From positions 1-32,538 of the forward strand of contig JAZLCC010000049.1 of NCBI GenBank assembly GCA_045614065.1: a stretch of DNA of 32,538 bases. Reading direction: 5' to 3'. The notes below the pieces were generated by a model. That model saw only the letters and a list, made by a program, of their open reading frames with translations, made no database searches and was not told the DNA's origin. This DNA comes from Eubacteriales bacterium. Lineage in GTDB: Bacteria > Bacillota > Clostridia > Oscillospirales > CAG-272. Shown piece after piece: positions 16,255-26,300 of this stretch (the stretch's first letter is position 1; each line of letters opens with the position of its first letter). Position numbers and translations under genes: made by a program.

Positions 16255-17562
16255 ATGGTTAAGATAACAGACGTTTTACCGCGAAGCCGTGCCGAAAAGG
16301 CGGGGATCTTGAGCGGTGATATACTCATTTCGATAAACGGTAGAGAAATAAACGACGTGCTCGACTATCGCTTTTATCTCGCCGAGAAAAAAATAACTCT
16401 CCTTCTCAAACGAGGCGACGAGGATCTTGAGGCTACAATACTCAAAAAGGAATACGATGACATAGGTCTTGACTTTGAAACTCCGCTTATGGATAAAAAG
16501 CATTCCTGTGAGAATAAATGCGTATTCTGCTTTATCGATCAGCTTCCAAAGGGTATGCGCGACACGCTCTATTTCAAGGATGATGACTCACGCCTATCCT
16601 TTCTGCACGGAAATTACGTAACGCTCACTAATATGCGCGATAGAGATATCGAGCGCATAATAGAGATGCACATTTCTCCCGTAAACGTTTCGGTGCACAC
16701 GACGAACCCCGAGCTTCGTTGCAAAATGATGAAAAACAAGCGTGCGGGCGAGGTGCTTTCCTACCTTAAACGCCTCTCCGATGCAGGTATTTCGCTTTGC
16801 TGTCAAATAGTGCTTTGCAAGGGCATTAACGACGGAGCCGAGCTCGACAGAACGCTCCACGATCTTATGGAGCTTCGCCCCGCAATTCAAAGCGTGGCAA
16901 TAGTCCCCTCAGGTCTTACCAAATTTCGTGATGGACTTTACCCCTTGGAGCCTTTTACCAAGGAGGATGCGCGAGGCGTTATTCAGCAAATCAACGTCTA
17001 CGGCGAATGGTGCCTTAAAAAATTCGGCACAAGGCTCTTCTTCCCTGCCGACGAGTTCTACATAAAGGCAGAGCTTCCGCTTCCGAGCGACGAATTTTAC
17101 GAGGACTACTCACAAATAGAAAACGGCGTCGGCATGCTCACAGATATGCAAACGGCTATCGATTACGAGCTTTCCGACATCAGCGCATATTCGGACTTTT
17201 GCGGAAATCGCAAGGTCTCAATCGTTACGGGATACGCCGCATACGAGCATATAAAAACCATCTCAAAAAAGCTTGAAGCGGCTTTTTCGGGACTTTCGAT
17301 AAACGTATACAGAATAAAAAATAATTTCTTTGGAGAATCGATAACGGTTGCGGGGCTTCTTACCGCAGGCGATATCATAGATCAGCTTAAGGGCAAGGAG
17401 CTTTACGATGCGCTTCTCATTCCGTCAAATGCGCTCCGTGCCGACGGCGAGGTCTTTCTTGACGATATAACTCCCGAGGAGTTATCGAAGGCTTTGAACG
17501 TTCCAATATGCGTTTCAAGCAGTGATGCTCAAAGCTTTATCTCTTGCGTTCTTGGAATTTAA
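16255..17562 (+). CDS. PDZ-domain / radical-SAM-like DUF512 protein
   Basis: The N-terminus is PDZ-like (RAEKAGILSGDILISING). A CX3CX2C motif (CENKCVFCF) is present. I prefer the ATG at 16255 after AGGAGG over the track start at 16225. Confidence 0.8.
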   Translation: MVKITDVLPRSRAEKAGILSGDILISINGREINDVLDYRFYLAEKKITLLLKRGDEDLEATILKKEYDDIGLDFETPLMDKKHSCENKCVFCFIDQLPKGMRDTLYFKDDDSRLSFLHGNYVTLTNMRDRDIERIIEMHISPVNVSVHTTNPELRCKMMKNKRAGEVLSYLKRLSDAGISLCCQIVLCKGINDGAELDRTLHDLMELRPAIQSVAIVPSGLTKFRDGLYPLEPFTKEDARGVIQQINVYGEWCLKKFGTRLFFPADEFYIKAELPLPSDEFYEDYSQIENGVGMLTDMQTAIDYELSDISAYSDFCGNRKVSIVTGYAAYEHIKTISKKLEAAFSGLSINVYRIKNNFFGESITVAGLLTAGDIIDQLKGKELYDALLIPSNALRADGEVFLDDITPEELSKALNVPICVSSSDAQSFISCVLGI

Positions 17563-17596
17563 AAAATTATGATAAAAAATTAAGGAGGGCAAAAAA

Positions 17597-18922
17597 ATGG
17601 CAAAGCCAATAGTTGCTATCGTCGGCAGACCTAACGTCGGCAAAAGCACTCTTTTTAATAAGCTTATAGGCGAAAGACGCTCTATAGTAGAAGATACTCC
17701 GGGCGTTACTCGCGACAGAATATACGGAGAGACCGAGTGGTGCGGAAAGCCCCTCGTTATTATCGACACGGGAGGAATTGAGCCTAAGACCGACGATATA
17801 ATTTTAAAGCAGATGCGTTTTCAGGCAGAGGTTGCAATTGAGAGCGCAGACGTTATCGTCTTTATGTGCGACGTTCGCACGGGTCTTACCGCAGACGACC
17901 GTGATATTGCCGTAATGCTCCAAAAGAGCGGAAAGCCTATCATCCCATGCATCAACAAGTGTGATAGCGTGGGTGCGCTTCCCTTTGAGTTTTACGAGTT
18001 TTACGAGCTCGGATTTGAATGTGAGCCTATCGCCGTTTCCTCGGTTCACGGAAGCGGAACGGGCGACCTTCTTGACGAGGTATTAAAGGTTCTCCCCGAG
18101 AATATCGGAAACGACGACGAGGACGAGGGCATCAAGGTTGCCGTTATCGGTAAGCCTAACGCAGGCAAATCCTCTATAATCAACAAAATAATGGGTCAGG
18201 AGCGTCTTATAGTTTCCAACATTGCGGGAACAACGCGCGACGCAGTTGACACCCAGGTGGTTATTAACGGAAAGAAATACACCTTTATCGACACGGCAGG
18301 TATTCGCCGTCAGTCGAAAATCAACGATAAGATAGAAAAATACAGCGTTCTCCGCGCTCATATGGCGGTTGAGCGTGCAGACGTATGCCTTATTATGATC
18401 GATGCCGCAACGGGAATCACCGAACAGGATGAGAAGATAGCGGGCATTGCGCACGAGGCAGGCAAGGCCTCGATCATCGTTGTAAACAAGTGGGATTCGA
18501 TTGAAAAGGATAATTCCACAACCAATCACTTTAATGAGAAGATCCGCACCTCGCTTGCATATATGCCCTATGCGCCGATAGCATACGTTTCGGCTCTCAC
18601 GGGTCAGCGAGTAAGCACTCTCTTTGAGAAGATAGACGAGGTATACGCTCACTCAAATAACCGTATCACCACGGGTATGCTCAACGAGGTACTCGCAGAG
18701 GCTACGATGCGTGTTCAGCCTCCCTCCGATAAGGGTAGAAGACTTAAGATCTACTATATGACTCAGGTATCGGTTGCACCGCCTACCTTCGTTATATTCT
18801 GCAACAATGCAGAGCTCTTCCACTTCTCATATCAAAGATATATCGAGAACTGCTTGCGTGAGACCTTTGGATTTGTCGGCACGCCTATCCGTCTCGTTAT
18901 TCGAATGAAGGGTGATGAGTGA
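17597..18922 (+). CDS. der: Ribosome biogenesis GTPase Der (EngA)
   Basis: Two tandem G domains (GRPNVGKSTLFN and GKPNAGKSSIIN) are followed by a KH-like C-terminus. Confidence 0.95.
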   Translation: MAKPIVAIVGRPNVGKSTLFNKLIGERRSIVEDTPGVTRDRIYGETEWCGKPLVIIDTGGIEPKTDDIILKQMRFQAEVAIESADVIVFMCDVRTGLTADDRDIAVMLQKSGKPIIPCINKCDSVGALPFEFYEFYELGFECEPIAVSSVHGSGTGDLLDEVLKVLPENIGNDDEDEGIKVAVIGKPNAGKSSIINKIMGQERLIVSNIAGTTRDAVDTQVVINGKKYTFIDTAGIRRQSKINDKIEKYSVLRAHMAVERADVCLIMIDAATGITEQDEKIAGIAHEAGKASIIVVNKWDSIEKDNSTTNHFNEKIRTSLAYMPYAPIAYVSALTGQRVSTLFEKIDEVYAHSNNRITTGMLNEVLAEATMRVQPPSDKGRRLKIYYMTQVSVAPPTFVIFCNNAELFHFSYQRYIENCLRETFGFVGTPIRLVIRMKGDE

Positions 18923-19617
18923 TGAGCGCTCAAAAAAGACTTAAAGGAATCCTTTTCGATTTCAACGGCACTCTATTTTTTGACACCGATTGCCACGTAA
19001 AAGCGTTTGAAAAATACTACGCATCAAAAAATATGGACGTGCCGAGCCGTGAGTTTATTATTACCAATCTCTTCGGCTTATCCAACGAGGCAATTTACAG
19101 ATCCTACTTTGACGCAAACGCAACGATCGAGGATTGCAAGCGCTTTGGCAGAGAAAAAGAGGGATTCTATTACGAGGCGTGTTTAACTCCCCCATTTGAA
19201 ATGAAATATTCAAACGGAGTATGCGAGCTTCTCTCATACCTTAAGGAGAATGGCATTCCCTACTGCCTCGCAACGGGCGCAGGCTTAGATAATATCGCAT
19301 TTTACAACGAGCATCTCGAGCTTTCAAAATGGTTCGACCGCGAGCATATAGTTTGCGCAGACGATGAGGTAAAATGCAAGCCCGACCCCGCAATATACGA
19401 ATATGCGGCATCAAAAATAGGTCTTACCGCTCCCGAATGTATCGTATTTGAGGACGGAACGTTAGGACTTATAGCCGCAAATAAGGCAAACGCAGGCGCG
19501 GCGATCGCTATATATGAGGAGGGGCTCGCCTCTCCGCTTATCAAGGGGGCGCACGCGGACGCCGTATATCACGATTTTTCAAAGTGGAGAGAGATTCTTC
19601 AAGGCTTTGGACTTTAA
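18922..19617 (+). CDS. HAD-superfamily hydrolase (beta-phosphoglucomutase-like subfamily)
   Basis: The protein has motif I (DFNGTLF) and a later FEDGTLG. The ATG overlaps the der stop as TGATG. Confidence 0.8.
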   Translation: MSAQKRLKGILFDFNGTLFFDTDCHVKAFEKYYASKNMDVPSREFIITNLFGLSNEAIYRSYFDANATIEDCKRFGREKEGFYYEACLTPPFEMKYSNGVCELLSYLKENGIPYCLATGAGLDNIAFYNEHLELSKWFDREHIVCADDEVKCKPDPAIYEYAASKIGLTAPECIVFEDGTLGLIAANKANAGAAIAIYEEGLASPLIKGAHADAVYHDFSKWREILQGFGL

Positions 19618-19633
19618 TTCCTTTATTTTTTAA

Positions 19634-20929
<1,296 letters not shown>

Positions 20930-20947
20930 ATAATATTTAATCAAAGC

Positions 20948-20990
20948 AAAAGCGCTCAACCTGTGCAAATCATAGGTCGAGCGCTTTTTT
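20948..20990 (+). terminator. Intrinsic terminator after obg
   Basis: The stem pairs AAAAGCGCTC with GAGCGCTTTT, with an inner ACCT/AGGT extension. It ends in a T-run. Confidence 0.7.
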
Positions 20991-21029
20991 ACGTTAACGC
21001 ATAAGAAATCGAAATTTATTTAAAGCTTT

Positions 21030-21074
21030 TCGAAAAATTAAGGGAAGGAAGCTTTTTAGCAAAACTTCCTTCCC
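21030..21074 (-). terminator. Intrinsic terminator after putP
   Basis: A 10-bp stem pairs GGGAAGGAAG (21042-21051) with CTTCCTTCCC (21065-21074). On the minus strand it is followed by TTAATTTTTCG. Confidence 0.6.
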
Positions 21075-21097
21075 GAAAGATATATTATATCAAATTA

Positions 21098-22708
21098 TTA
21101 TTCAGTCATAACGGGCTCGGTCTCGCCTGCTTTAACCGCCTCAAAGTCTGCCTCAATTTCAGCCGAGGGCTTCTTTGTAAGGAGAGATACAACTACGATA
21201 AAGATGCAGGAGATGATGAATGCGGGGAGAAGCTCGTAGATCGTGAGAGCCTGAATACCGTTCGCCTTACCGATAGGATTGATAAGGAGCTTCCAAACGA
21301 ATACCATAATACCGCCGCTGAGCATACCTGCAATAGCGCCTGCCTTAGTGGTACGCTTCCAGAAGAGCGAGAAGATCATAAGAGGACCGAACGTTGCGCC
21401 AAATCCTGCCCAAGCAAAGGAAACAAGCTTAAAGATAACGCTGTTTTCGTTAAGAGCAAGGAGTATAGCGATTATAGCGATAGAGCCGAGAGTAATTCTT
21501 GTAGCCCACATAACCGCCTTGTCGGTAGCCTTTTTGTGGATAACGCCCTGATAGATGTTCTTTGCAAATGCCGAAGCCGCAATAAGCAAGTAGGAGTCGG
21601 AGGAGCTTATTGTTGCGGCAAGAATACCTGCCATAATAAGTCCTGCAAGAATAGGAAGTGCTCCGCTGCTGAATACCGTTGTGGTAACGGTGATAAAGAT
21701 GTTCTCTGCGCTTGATGCGGTAAGATGCTCTGTGGGGAAGAGTGTACGTCCCATAATACCGATAAATACCGCAACTGCAAGAGAAACAGCTACCCAAATA
21801 ATAGCAATTCTTCTTGATGCCTTAAGCTCCTTCTCTTTTCTGATAGCCATAAATCTAAGAAGAACCTGAGGCATACCAAAGTAACCGAGACCCCAAGCAA
21901 GAGTCGAGCAAACGGTGAGAAGGTTGTAGGAGCTCTTAGCGCCAAATACAGCCTCGCCGTTTTCGTTAACGATCTGCTGTCCTGCCTCATTAAGCTCGGG
22001 AGATGCGAGGCTGAAGAATTCAAAGAATCCTTCGATATTCTTCGAATTTTCAATAACCGCACCGATTCCGCCTGCCGAAACAGTACCGATAATAACTACT
22101 GTGCAAAGCGCTGTTACCATTACGATAGCCTGCATAAAGTCAGATGCGCTCTCTGCCAAGAATCCGCCGAGTATTGTATATGCAAGGACGAATATTGCGC
22201 CGAGAATCATCATCGGAACGTAAGGAAGATTGAAAAGCGTTGAGAAAAGCTTTCCGCAGGTAACGAAGCAGCTTGCCGCATATACCGTGAAGAATATAAG
22301 AATGAAGAGTGCTGAAATTGTCATAATAACCTTCTTCTTCTCTCTGAAACGGTTGGAGAAGAAATCGGGGAGGGTTATCGAGTTGTTAGCGCGCACGCTG
22401 TAACGGCGGAGACGCTTTGAAACGATAAGCCAGTTAAGGTAGGTTCCCACTGCAAGACCTACTGCCGTCCAAAAGGCGTCGGCAAGTCCGCACCAGTAGG
22501 CAACTCCGGGAAGTCCCATCAAAAGCCATCCCGACATATCCGATGCCGAGGCGGAGAAAGCGGTTACCCAAGGACCAAGGGAACGACCGCCAAGGAAATA
22601 GTCGTCGGAGCTTTGGTTAGCTCTCTTGGCAAATATAATACCGATGGCAATTACCACCGCCATATATACAGCCATCGCAACCAAATGCATGATTTGTTCT
22701 TGTGTCAT
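21098..22708 (-). CDS. putP: Sodium:solute symporter family, sodium/proline symporter-like
   Basis: The N-terminal signature YFLGGRSLGPWVTAFSASASDMSGW and about 13 TM helices fit the family. An AGAGGT RBS is present. Confidence 0.85.
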   Translation of the reverse strand: MTQEQIMHLVAMAVYMAVVIAIGIIFAKRANQSSDDYFLGGRSLGPWVTAFSASASDMSGWLLMGLPGVAYWCGLADAFWTAVGLAVGTYLNWLIVSKRLRRYSVRANNSITLPDFFSNRFREKKKVIMTISALFILIFFTVYAASCFVTCGKLFSTLFNLPYVPMMILGAIFVLAYTILGGFLAESASDFMQAIVMVTALCTVVIIGTVSAGGIGAVIENSKNIEGFFEFFSLASPELNEAGQQIVNENGEAVFGAKSSYNLLTVCSTLAWGLGYFGMPQVLLRFMAIRKEKELKASRRIAIIWVAVSLAVAVFIGIMGRTLFPTEHLTASSAENIFITVTTTVFSSGALPILAGLIMAGILAATISSSDSYLLIAASAFAKNIYQGVIHKKATDKAVMWATRITLGSIAIIAILLALNENSVIFKLVSFAWAGFGATFGPLMIFSLFWKRTTKAGAIAGMLSGGIMVFVWKLLINPIGKANGIQALTIYELLPAFIISCIFIVVVSLLTKKPSAEIEADFEAVKAGETEPVMTE

Positions 22709-22742
22709 GATTTACCTCTGTATATTCATAAAAATTTTATCT

Positions 22743-22771
22743 ATTATACCATAAAATGAATAATTTGTCAA
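22743..22771 (-). promoter_or_regulatory. Consensus sigma-A promoter for putP
   Basis: On the minus strand, TTGACA (22766-22771), a 17-nt spacer and TGgTATAAT (hexamer 22743-22748). Confidence 0.55.
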
Positions 22772-22777
22772 TATATA

Positions 22778-22806
22778 TTGAATTTATGATAAAAAAAGAG
22801 TATAAT
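22778..22806 (+). promoter_or_regulatory. Sigma-A promoter for dapF
   Basis: TTGAAT (22778-22783), a 17-nt spacer and TATAAT (22801-22806). Confidence 0.55.
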
Positions 22807-22835
22807 ATATGTATAATTTTGCAAAGGAAGTAAAA

Positions 22836-23600
22836 ATGGATATCTGGTATATGAACGGCGCGGGCAATAGCTTTTGTGTTGTTGACGCGCGACAGGAAAA
22901 TATAGATATGAGCTCCATGGCAAGGGATATATGCCAAAAAAGAGGCACCGACGGCTTTATGGCGCTTGCAAGCTCTGACGTTGCCGATTTTAAATTACAT
23001 TTTTATAATTCGGACGGCTCACGCGCCGAGATGTGCGGTAACGGCGCACGGTGCATCTGCCGATTTGCCTACGAGAACAAGATCGCGGGCGAAAAAATGA
23101 CGGTTGAAACAGATGCGGGAATGCTTTTTGGCGAGAGAATAAGCGAGAGCATTTACAAGGTACGGCTTAACACGCCCCAAAATATAATTTTAAACAAAAA
23201 AGAGGGCGTAGACTATGCGGTAGTCGGTGTTCCCCACGCTACAATCAAGCTCGATTCGCTTGAATGGAAGGATGCCGAAAGGCTTTTTGAGCGTGCAAAG
23301 GAGCTTAGATATGAGCTTAATGCAAATATTAATTTTTATTATAAAATCAACGGTAACACCGTGAGAATATTGACATACGAGCGTGGCGTAGAGGATTTTA
23401 CGCTTGCTTGCGGCACGGGAAGCGGAGCGCTTGCTTCGATTCTTTGGAAGAGGAAGAGCTTTGACGGCAACTCCTTAATTCTTCAAAACCGTGCCGGAGA
23501 TCTTAAGCTTACGGTGAGGGCTAACCCACAAAGCTCCGACGACATTGAAGAGCTCTATCTTGAAGGCGAGACTGAGATTTTAAATAAATTTAAATATTAA
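22836..23600 (+). CDS. dapF: Diaminopimelate epimerase
   Basis: The sequence contains NGAGNSF, the catalytic Cys contexts MCGNGARC and ACGTGSGA. I prefer the ATG at 22836 after AAGGAAG over the track start at 22809. Confidence 0.85.
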   Translation: MDIWYMNGAGNSFCVVDARQENIDMSSMARDICQKRGTDGFMALASSDVADFKLHFYNSDGSRAEMCGNGARCICRFAYENKIAGEKMTVETDAGMLFGERISESIYKVRLNTPQNIILNKKEGVDYAVVGVPHATIKLDSLEWKDAERLFERAKELRYELNANINFYYKINGNTVRILTYERGVEDFTLACGTGSGALASILWKRKSFDGNSLILQNRAGDLKLTVRANPQSSDDIEELYLEGETEILNKFKY

Positions 23601-23657
23601 AAGCAAAAAACAGAGCAAGAATAAAAGAAAATTCTTTTATTCTTGCTCTTTTTGCTT
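23601..23657. terminator. Long bidirectional terminator hairpin
   Basis: A 16-bp stem pairs AGAGCAAGAATAAAAG with CTTTTATTCTTGCTCT and is extended by an outer AAGCAAAAA/TTTTTGCTT pairing. It lies between convergent dapF and the 23688-24488 gene. Confidence 0.7.
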
Positions 23658-23687
23658 GCAATTTTCAAATAAATGCTTTTAATTGTA

Positions 23688-24488
23688 TTAAAACCAATAA
23701 TCGTGCATATCGGCTATTACACTCTCATCAATAGTATCATCAACGCTGTCGGGAATAATAGCATCAACGTTGCAATTGGGACAAAGCGCACTTTCCTCGT
23801 TCTCTAAATACGAGCCTATTTCACTACTGTTAAAAACGCCCTTGCAATGAAAGCAATAGCACTTTTCCGATTGCTCAACCAAATGCTTATTGTGTGAAGC
23901 ATAGGCGTGCAGTTTTTTCATTTGTGATTCTTTTTCGTAAGAATAAGAGTGATGCATCTTTAGCTTGCCCGTTCCCTTAAATCTTTTAATGGATAACCAT
24001 ATCGAATATCCCATAAGCACTGCACAAAGAATCGTTAAAAATGCAAGTCGAGGGAGCGTTCTTTCGCCGCCAAAAAAATATATTAAGGTAAAGAGGATCA
24101 GATTTGAAATAATCGGGAACAATATTGCCCCAACAAATCTGCGCTTGTAAAGCGTCTTGGTGCTGTTTTCATAATTATCCCTCACTTGCTCAGAGGATAA
24201 AACGGTTGTTCCCTGCCGCTTTTGAATTTCTTCCATTTTACGTTGCTCATCATAGGAAATTCTTGCTTTACAGTTAGGACATTGAAATTGATATTCATAT
24301 ACGTTGTAATTGCGTCGGGGAAACTTTCCATAGCTTTGATACTCGTAGTAATCCTTATCCTCGGGCGTAACGACACGGTGAGTTTTTTCTTTTTTTAATT
24401 GTGCTCCGCACTTTGAGCAATAATGCTTTTCAAATGCCATACCAAACGGAATAGATATCGATACGGACTTATGCTTCAAAAAAACCAC
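23688..24488 (-). CDS. Hypothetical membrane protein with Cys4 zinc-ribbon-like modules at both ends and two central TM helices
   Basis: The N-terminal module is CSKC...CPNC and the C-terminal module is CFHC...CPNC. Two hydrophobic helices lie between them. The start is uncertain: either the GTG at 24486-24488 or the ATG 16 codons downstream. I recognised no family. Confidence 0.55.
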   Translation of the reverse strand: MVFLKHKSVSISIPFGMAFEKHYCSKCGAQLKKEKTHRVVTPEDKDYYEYQSYGKFPRRNYNVYEYQFQCPNCKARISYDEQRKMEEIQKRQGTTVLSSEQVRDNYENSTKTLYKRRFVGAILFPIISNLILFTLIYFFGGERTLPRLAFLTILCAVLMGYSIWLSIKRFKGTGKLKMHHSYSYEKESQMKKLHAYASHNKHLVEQSEKCYCFHCKGVFNSSEIGSYLENEESALCPNCNVDAIIPDSVDDTIDESVIADMHDYWF

Positions 24489-24545
24489 ATCCTTTCAAGC
24501 CTCACTACAAGACAATTATAGCACATTTTAATACAAAAGTAAATA

Positions 24546-24570
24546 GGACGGCTTGAAAATCAAGCCGTCC
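24546..24570 (-). terminator. Terminator hairpin downstream of cotJC
   Basis: A 10-bp stem pairs GGACGGCTTG with CAAGCCGTCC around a 5-nt loop. T-rich sequence follows on the minus strand. Confidence 0.55.
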
Positions 24571-24647
24571 GTTTATATTGCTCAAAGGATAGCAAATAAG
24601 CGCTAAATTTATAGCCGCCCCTTATAAAAGCGAGCCATAGCGCTTTA

Positions 24648-25268
24648 TCAACCCCTCTTCATTTTTCCACAGCCCTTGTCGAAGGACGGATTGCAAACGT
24701 AGAAATTTTTAGAATCAAGATTATCCTGCGCTATGCGAATTGCATCGGCAAATCTCTGATAATGCACGATCTCACGCGCGCGCAAAAATTTTATTACGTC
24801 GTTTACGTCGGGGTCGTCGGAAAGACGCAAAATGTTGTCATAGGTCGTGCGAGCCTTTTGCTCTGCCGCAAGGTCTTCGTTGAGATCTGTGAGTATATCG
24901 CCCTTAACTCCGACGTATTTCATATCGAACGGGACTCCCGATGCGGCTACGGGATATGCTCCCGTGGTATGATCAACGAAATATGCCGCAAACGGTGTAC
25001 CGTCTATCTGCTCGAGTGTGAGATTCTTTGTGAGCTGATGAATGACCGCCGCCACCATCTCGAGGTGTCCGAGCTCCTCGCTTCCCACGTCGGTGAGTAT
25101 TCCCGTTACCTTATCATATGGGCAGGAATATCTTTGGTGCAGATAGCGCATCGATGCTCCAAGCTCGCCATCGGGTCCGCCGAGTTGCGATATGATAACG
25201 CTCGCAAGCTTCGGATTGGGATTTTTTATTTTTACGGGGTACTGTAATTGCTTTTCATAAAACCACAT
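24648..25268 (-). CDS. cotJC: Manganese-catalase-family spore coat protein CotJC
   Basis: The sequence MWFYEKQLQYPVK...GELGASMRYLHQRYS...EELGHLEMV is typical of CotJC. An AAGGAGG RBS is present. Confidence 0.9.
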   Translation of the reverse strand: MWFYEKQLQYPVKIKNPNPKLASVIISQLGGPDGELGASMRYLHQRYSCPYDKVTGILTDVGSEELGHLEMVAAVIHQLTKNLTLEQIDGTPFAAYFVDHTTGAYPVAASGVPFDMKYVGVKGDILTDLNEDLAAEQKARTTYDNILRLSDDPDVNDVIKFLRAREIVHYQRFADAIRIAQDNLDSKNFYVCNPSFDKGCGKMKRG

Positions 25269-25280
25269 ATCTTTTCCTCC

Positions 25281-25607
25281 TTAAACGTTCGCTTCGTATT
25301 CCCAAGGCCACGGACCGTTTACCCACGACCATTCGCCGTCCTTAACCATCATAGAGCTCATAGGCATACCCGCCTCGGTGAGAGCCTTAACAAGCTCGTG
25401 TCTTTCGTTTTTAAGCTCCTGATAGTAGCGCCTTGCCTTTTCGCAATTAGGATATGCGTCGAGGTAAAGCACGGCTTCAACGAGAGCAAAGCTAACCTTT
25501 TGAAGCTTTTTTTGAAGCTCCTTTACGTTTCCTGCGGGCTTTGTGGGCTCGCTTGGCATACTGTTACAAAACGCCTGACGGTTTCTTGACATTCGATTAT
25601 TTATCAT
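25281..25607 (-). CDS. cotJB: Spore coat protein CotJB
   Basis: The protein has the CotJB core (FALVEAVLYLDAYPNCEKARRYY...WPWE). I prefer the ATG at 25605-25607 after AGGAGG. The track ORF extends upstream into cotJA. Confidence 0.85.
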   Translation of the reverse strand: MINNRMSRNRQAFCNSMPSEPTKPAGNVKELQKKLQKVSFALVEAVLYLDAYPNCEKARRYYQELKNERHELVKALTEAGMPMSSMMVKDGEWSWVNGPWPWEYEANV

Positions 25608-25902
25608 AATAGCCTCCTGTATTTCCCTTGTGCGAGAGGCTTCTACCCTTAAACGGAAGATCAAGCTCGGAAAAGATAGTTCCCGCATTGAAGCCCTTAT
25701 CAAGCTCATAAAGATTTACAAACTCCTGCATTGGCGAATACACCATAGCGAGCGGATAGCCCTTAAGACCGTAGTCAGAGTTGCCCGTATCACACGAAGG
25801 CAGATCAAGTCTGCTCTGCGGTGCGTTTCCTCTGCCACTGAGTATCTTTTCAAGCTCCGATGCGCAGCAGACGTCTTTTATCGCATTGTCATTGTTGTAC
25901 AT
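25597..25902 (-). CDS. cotJA: Spore coat-associated protein CotJA
   Basis: The CotJA core is present (LAMVYSPMQEFVNLYELDKGFNAGTIFSELDLPF). The gene overlaps the cotJB start by 11 nt. The ATG is at 25900-25902. Confidence 0.8.
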   Translation of the reverse strand: MYNNDNAIKDVCCASELEKILSGRGNAPQSRLDLPSCDTGNSDYGLKGYPLAMVYSPMQEFVNLYELDKGFNAGTIFSELDLPFKGRSLSHKGNTGGYYDK

Positions 25903-25927
25903 CAATTTAGAACCTTTCTTTGTATTT

Positions 25928-25943
25928 GCAGACCTCGGTCTGC
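25928..25943. promoter_or_regulatory. Perfect palindrome GCAGACC-tc-GGTCTGC in the cotJA upstream region
   Basis: Two 7-bp arms with a 2-nt spacer lie 26-41 nt upstream of the cotJA ATG. The element could be an operator or a 5'-UTR hairpin. Confidence 0.3.
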
Positions 25944-25981
25944 TATTTTCATCTTATGCGATATTTAGTTAGTTGGTGTTA

Positions 25982-26028
25982 AAAGGTTTTTTGCTACCTA
26001 TTAAAAAAAGGTAGCACCAAAAACCTTT
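25982..26028. other. 17-bp AU-rich extended hairpin
   Basis: The outer stem pairs AAAGGTTTTT with AAAAACCTTT. The inner stem pairs TGCTACC with GGTAGCA, with a 2-nt bulge and an 11-nt loop. No canonical U-tract follows on either strand. Confidence 0.4.
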
Positions 26029-26040
26029 CAAAAGTCATGA

Positions 26041-26146
26041 CCACAGCCGTGCTAGCGGCTTGCACTAGCCCCCCTTGGGGCATTTCACACGCAGAGCCTA
26101 TAGGCTCGTCGAAAAATCCGCCATTTGTGGTAGTCGCCATAGCGGA
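26041..26146. other. Locally GC-rich cluster of short hairpins (candidate structured RNA, strand unknown)
   Basis: A CCACA/TGTGG closing stem (26041-45 / 26126-30) encloses three hairpins: GCTAG/CTAGC, GCCCC/GGGGC and GAGCC/GGCTC. A possible pseudoknot pairs TCCGC (26117-21) with GCGGA (26142-46). Confidence 0.25.
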
Positions 26147-26236
26147 AACTGTGCAAAACTAAAGCTTTTTGGAACAACCAGCCGTGCAGGTATTTACAAA
26201 AGATTCCTCGAGGCGGATTCAACTTGATTCTCTGCA

Positions 26237-26256
26237 GTTTCAAAGTTCTTTGAAAC
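26237..26256. promoter_or_regulatory. Perfect 20-bp palindrome GTTTCAAAG-tt-CTTTGAAAC
   Basis: Two 9-bp arms flank a 2-nt spacer. That loop is too small for a stable RNA hairpin, so a dimeric DNA-binding-protein site is more plausible. Confidence 0.3.
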
Positions 26257-26260
26257 GAGA

Positions 26261-26300
26261 TGTGGGGGAAAGCTTTCTTCTAAGAAAACTTTCCCCCACA
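26261..26300 (-). terminator. Strong GC-rich hairpin just after the LbH gene stop (atypical terminator, no U-tail)
   Basis: TGTGGGGGAAAG pairs with CTTTCCCCCACA, and an inner stem adds further pairing. On the minus strand the T-run precedes the stem rather than following it. Confidence 0.35.

Noticed and set aside
25994-26162. Short ORFs crossing the GC-rich intergenic block: 48 aa on the minus strand (25994-26140) and 41 aa on the plus strand (26037-26162). The plus-strand ORF has a lipobox-like MTTAVLAAC.
   Set aside because: Neither has a Shine-Dalgarno sequence. Open frames occur on both strands, as expected for a GC-rich patch. The lipobox-like N-terminus is too short and uncharged to be a signal peptide.
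26034-26260. A possible glmS ribozyme downstream of glmM, suggested by the strings GGCGGAU, UCGACGAG and CACAGCCGU
   Set aside because: The conserved glmS blocks (GACGAGG ... AUCGAA ... UUCGGCGGAUGCC ... CUAAGCG) are not present in the right order or orientation on either strand. No glmS gene follows.
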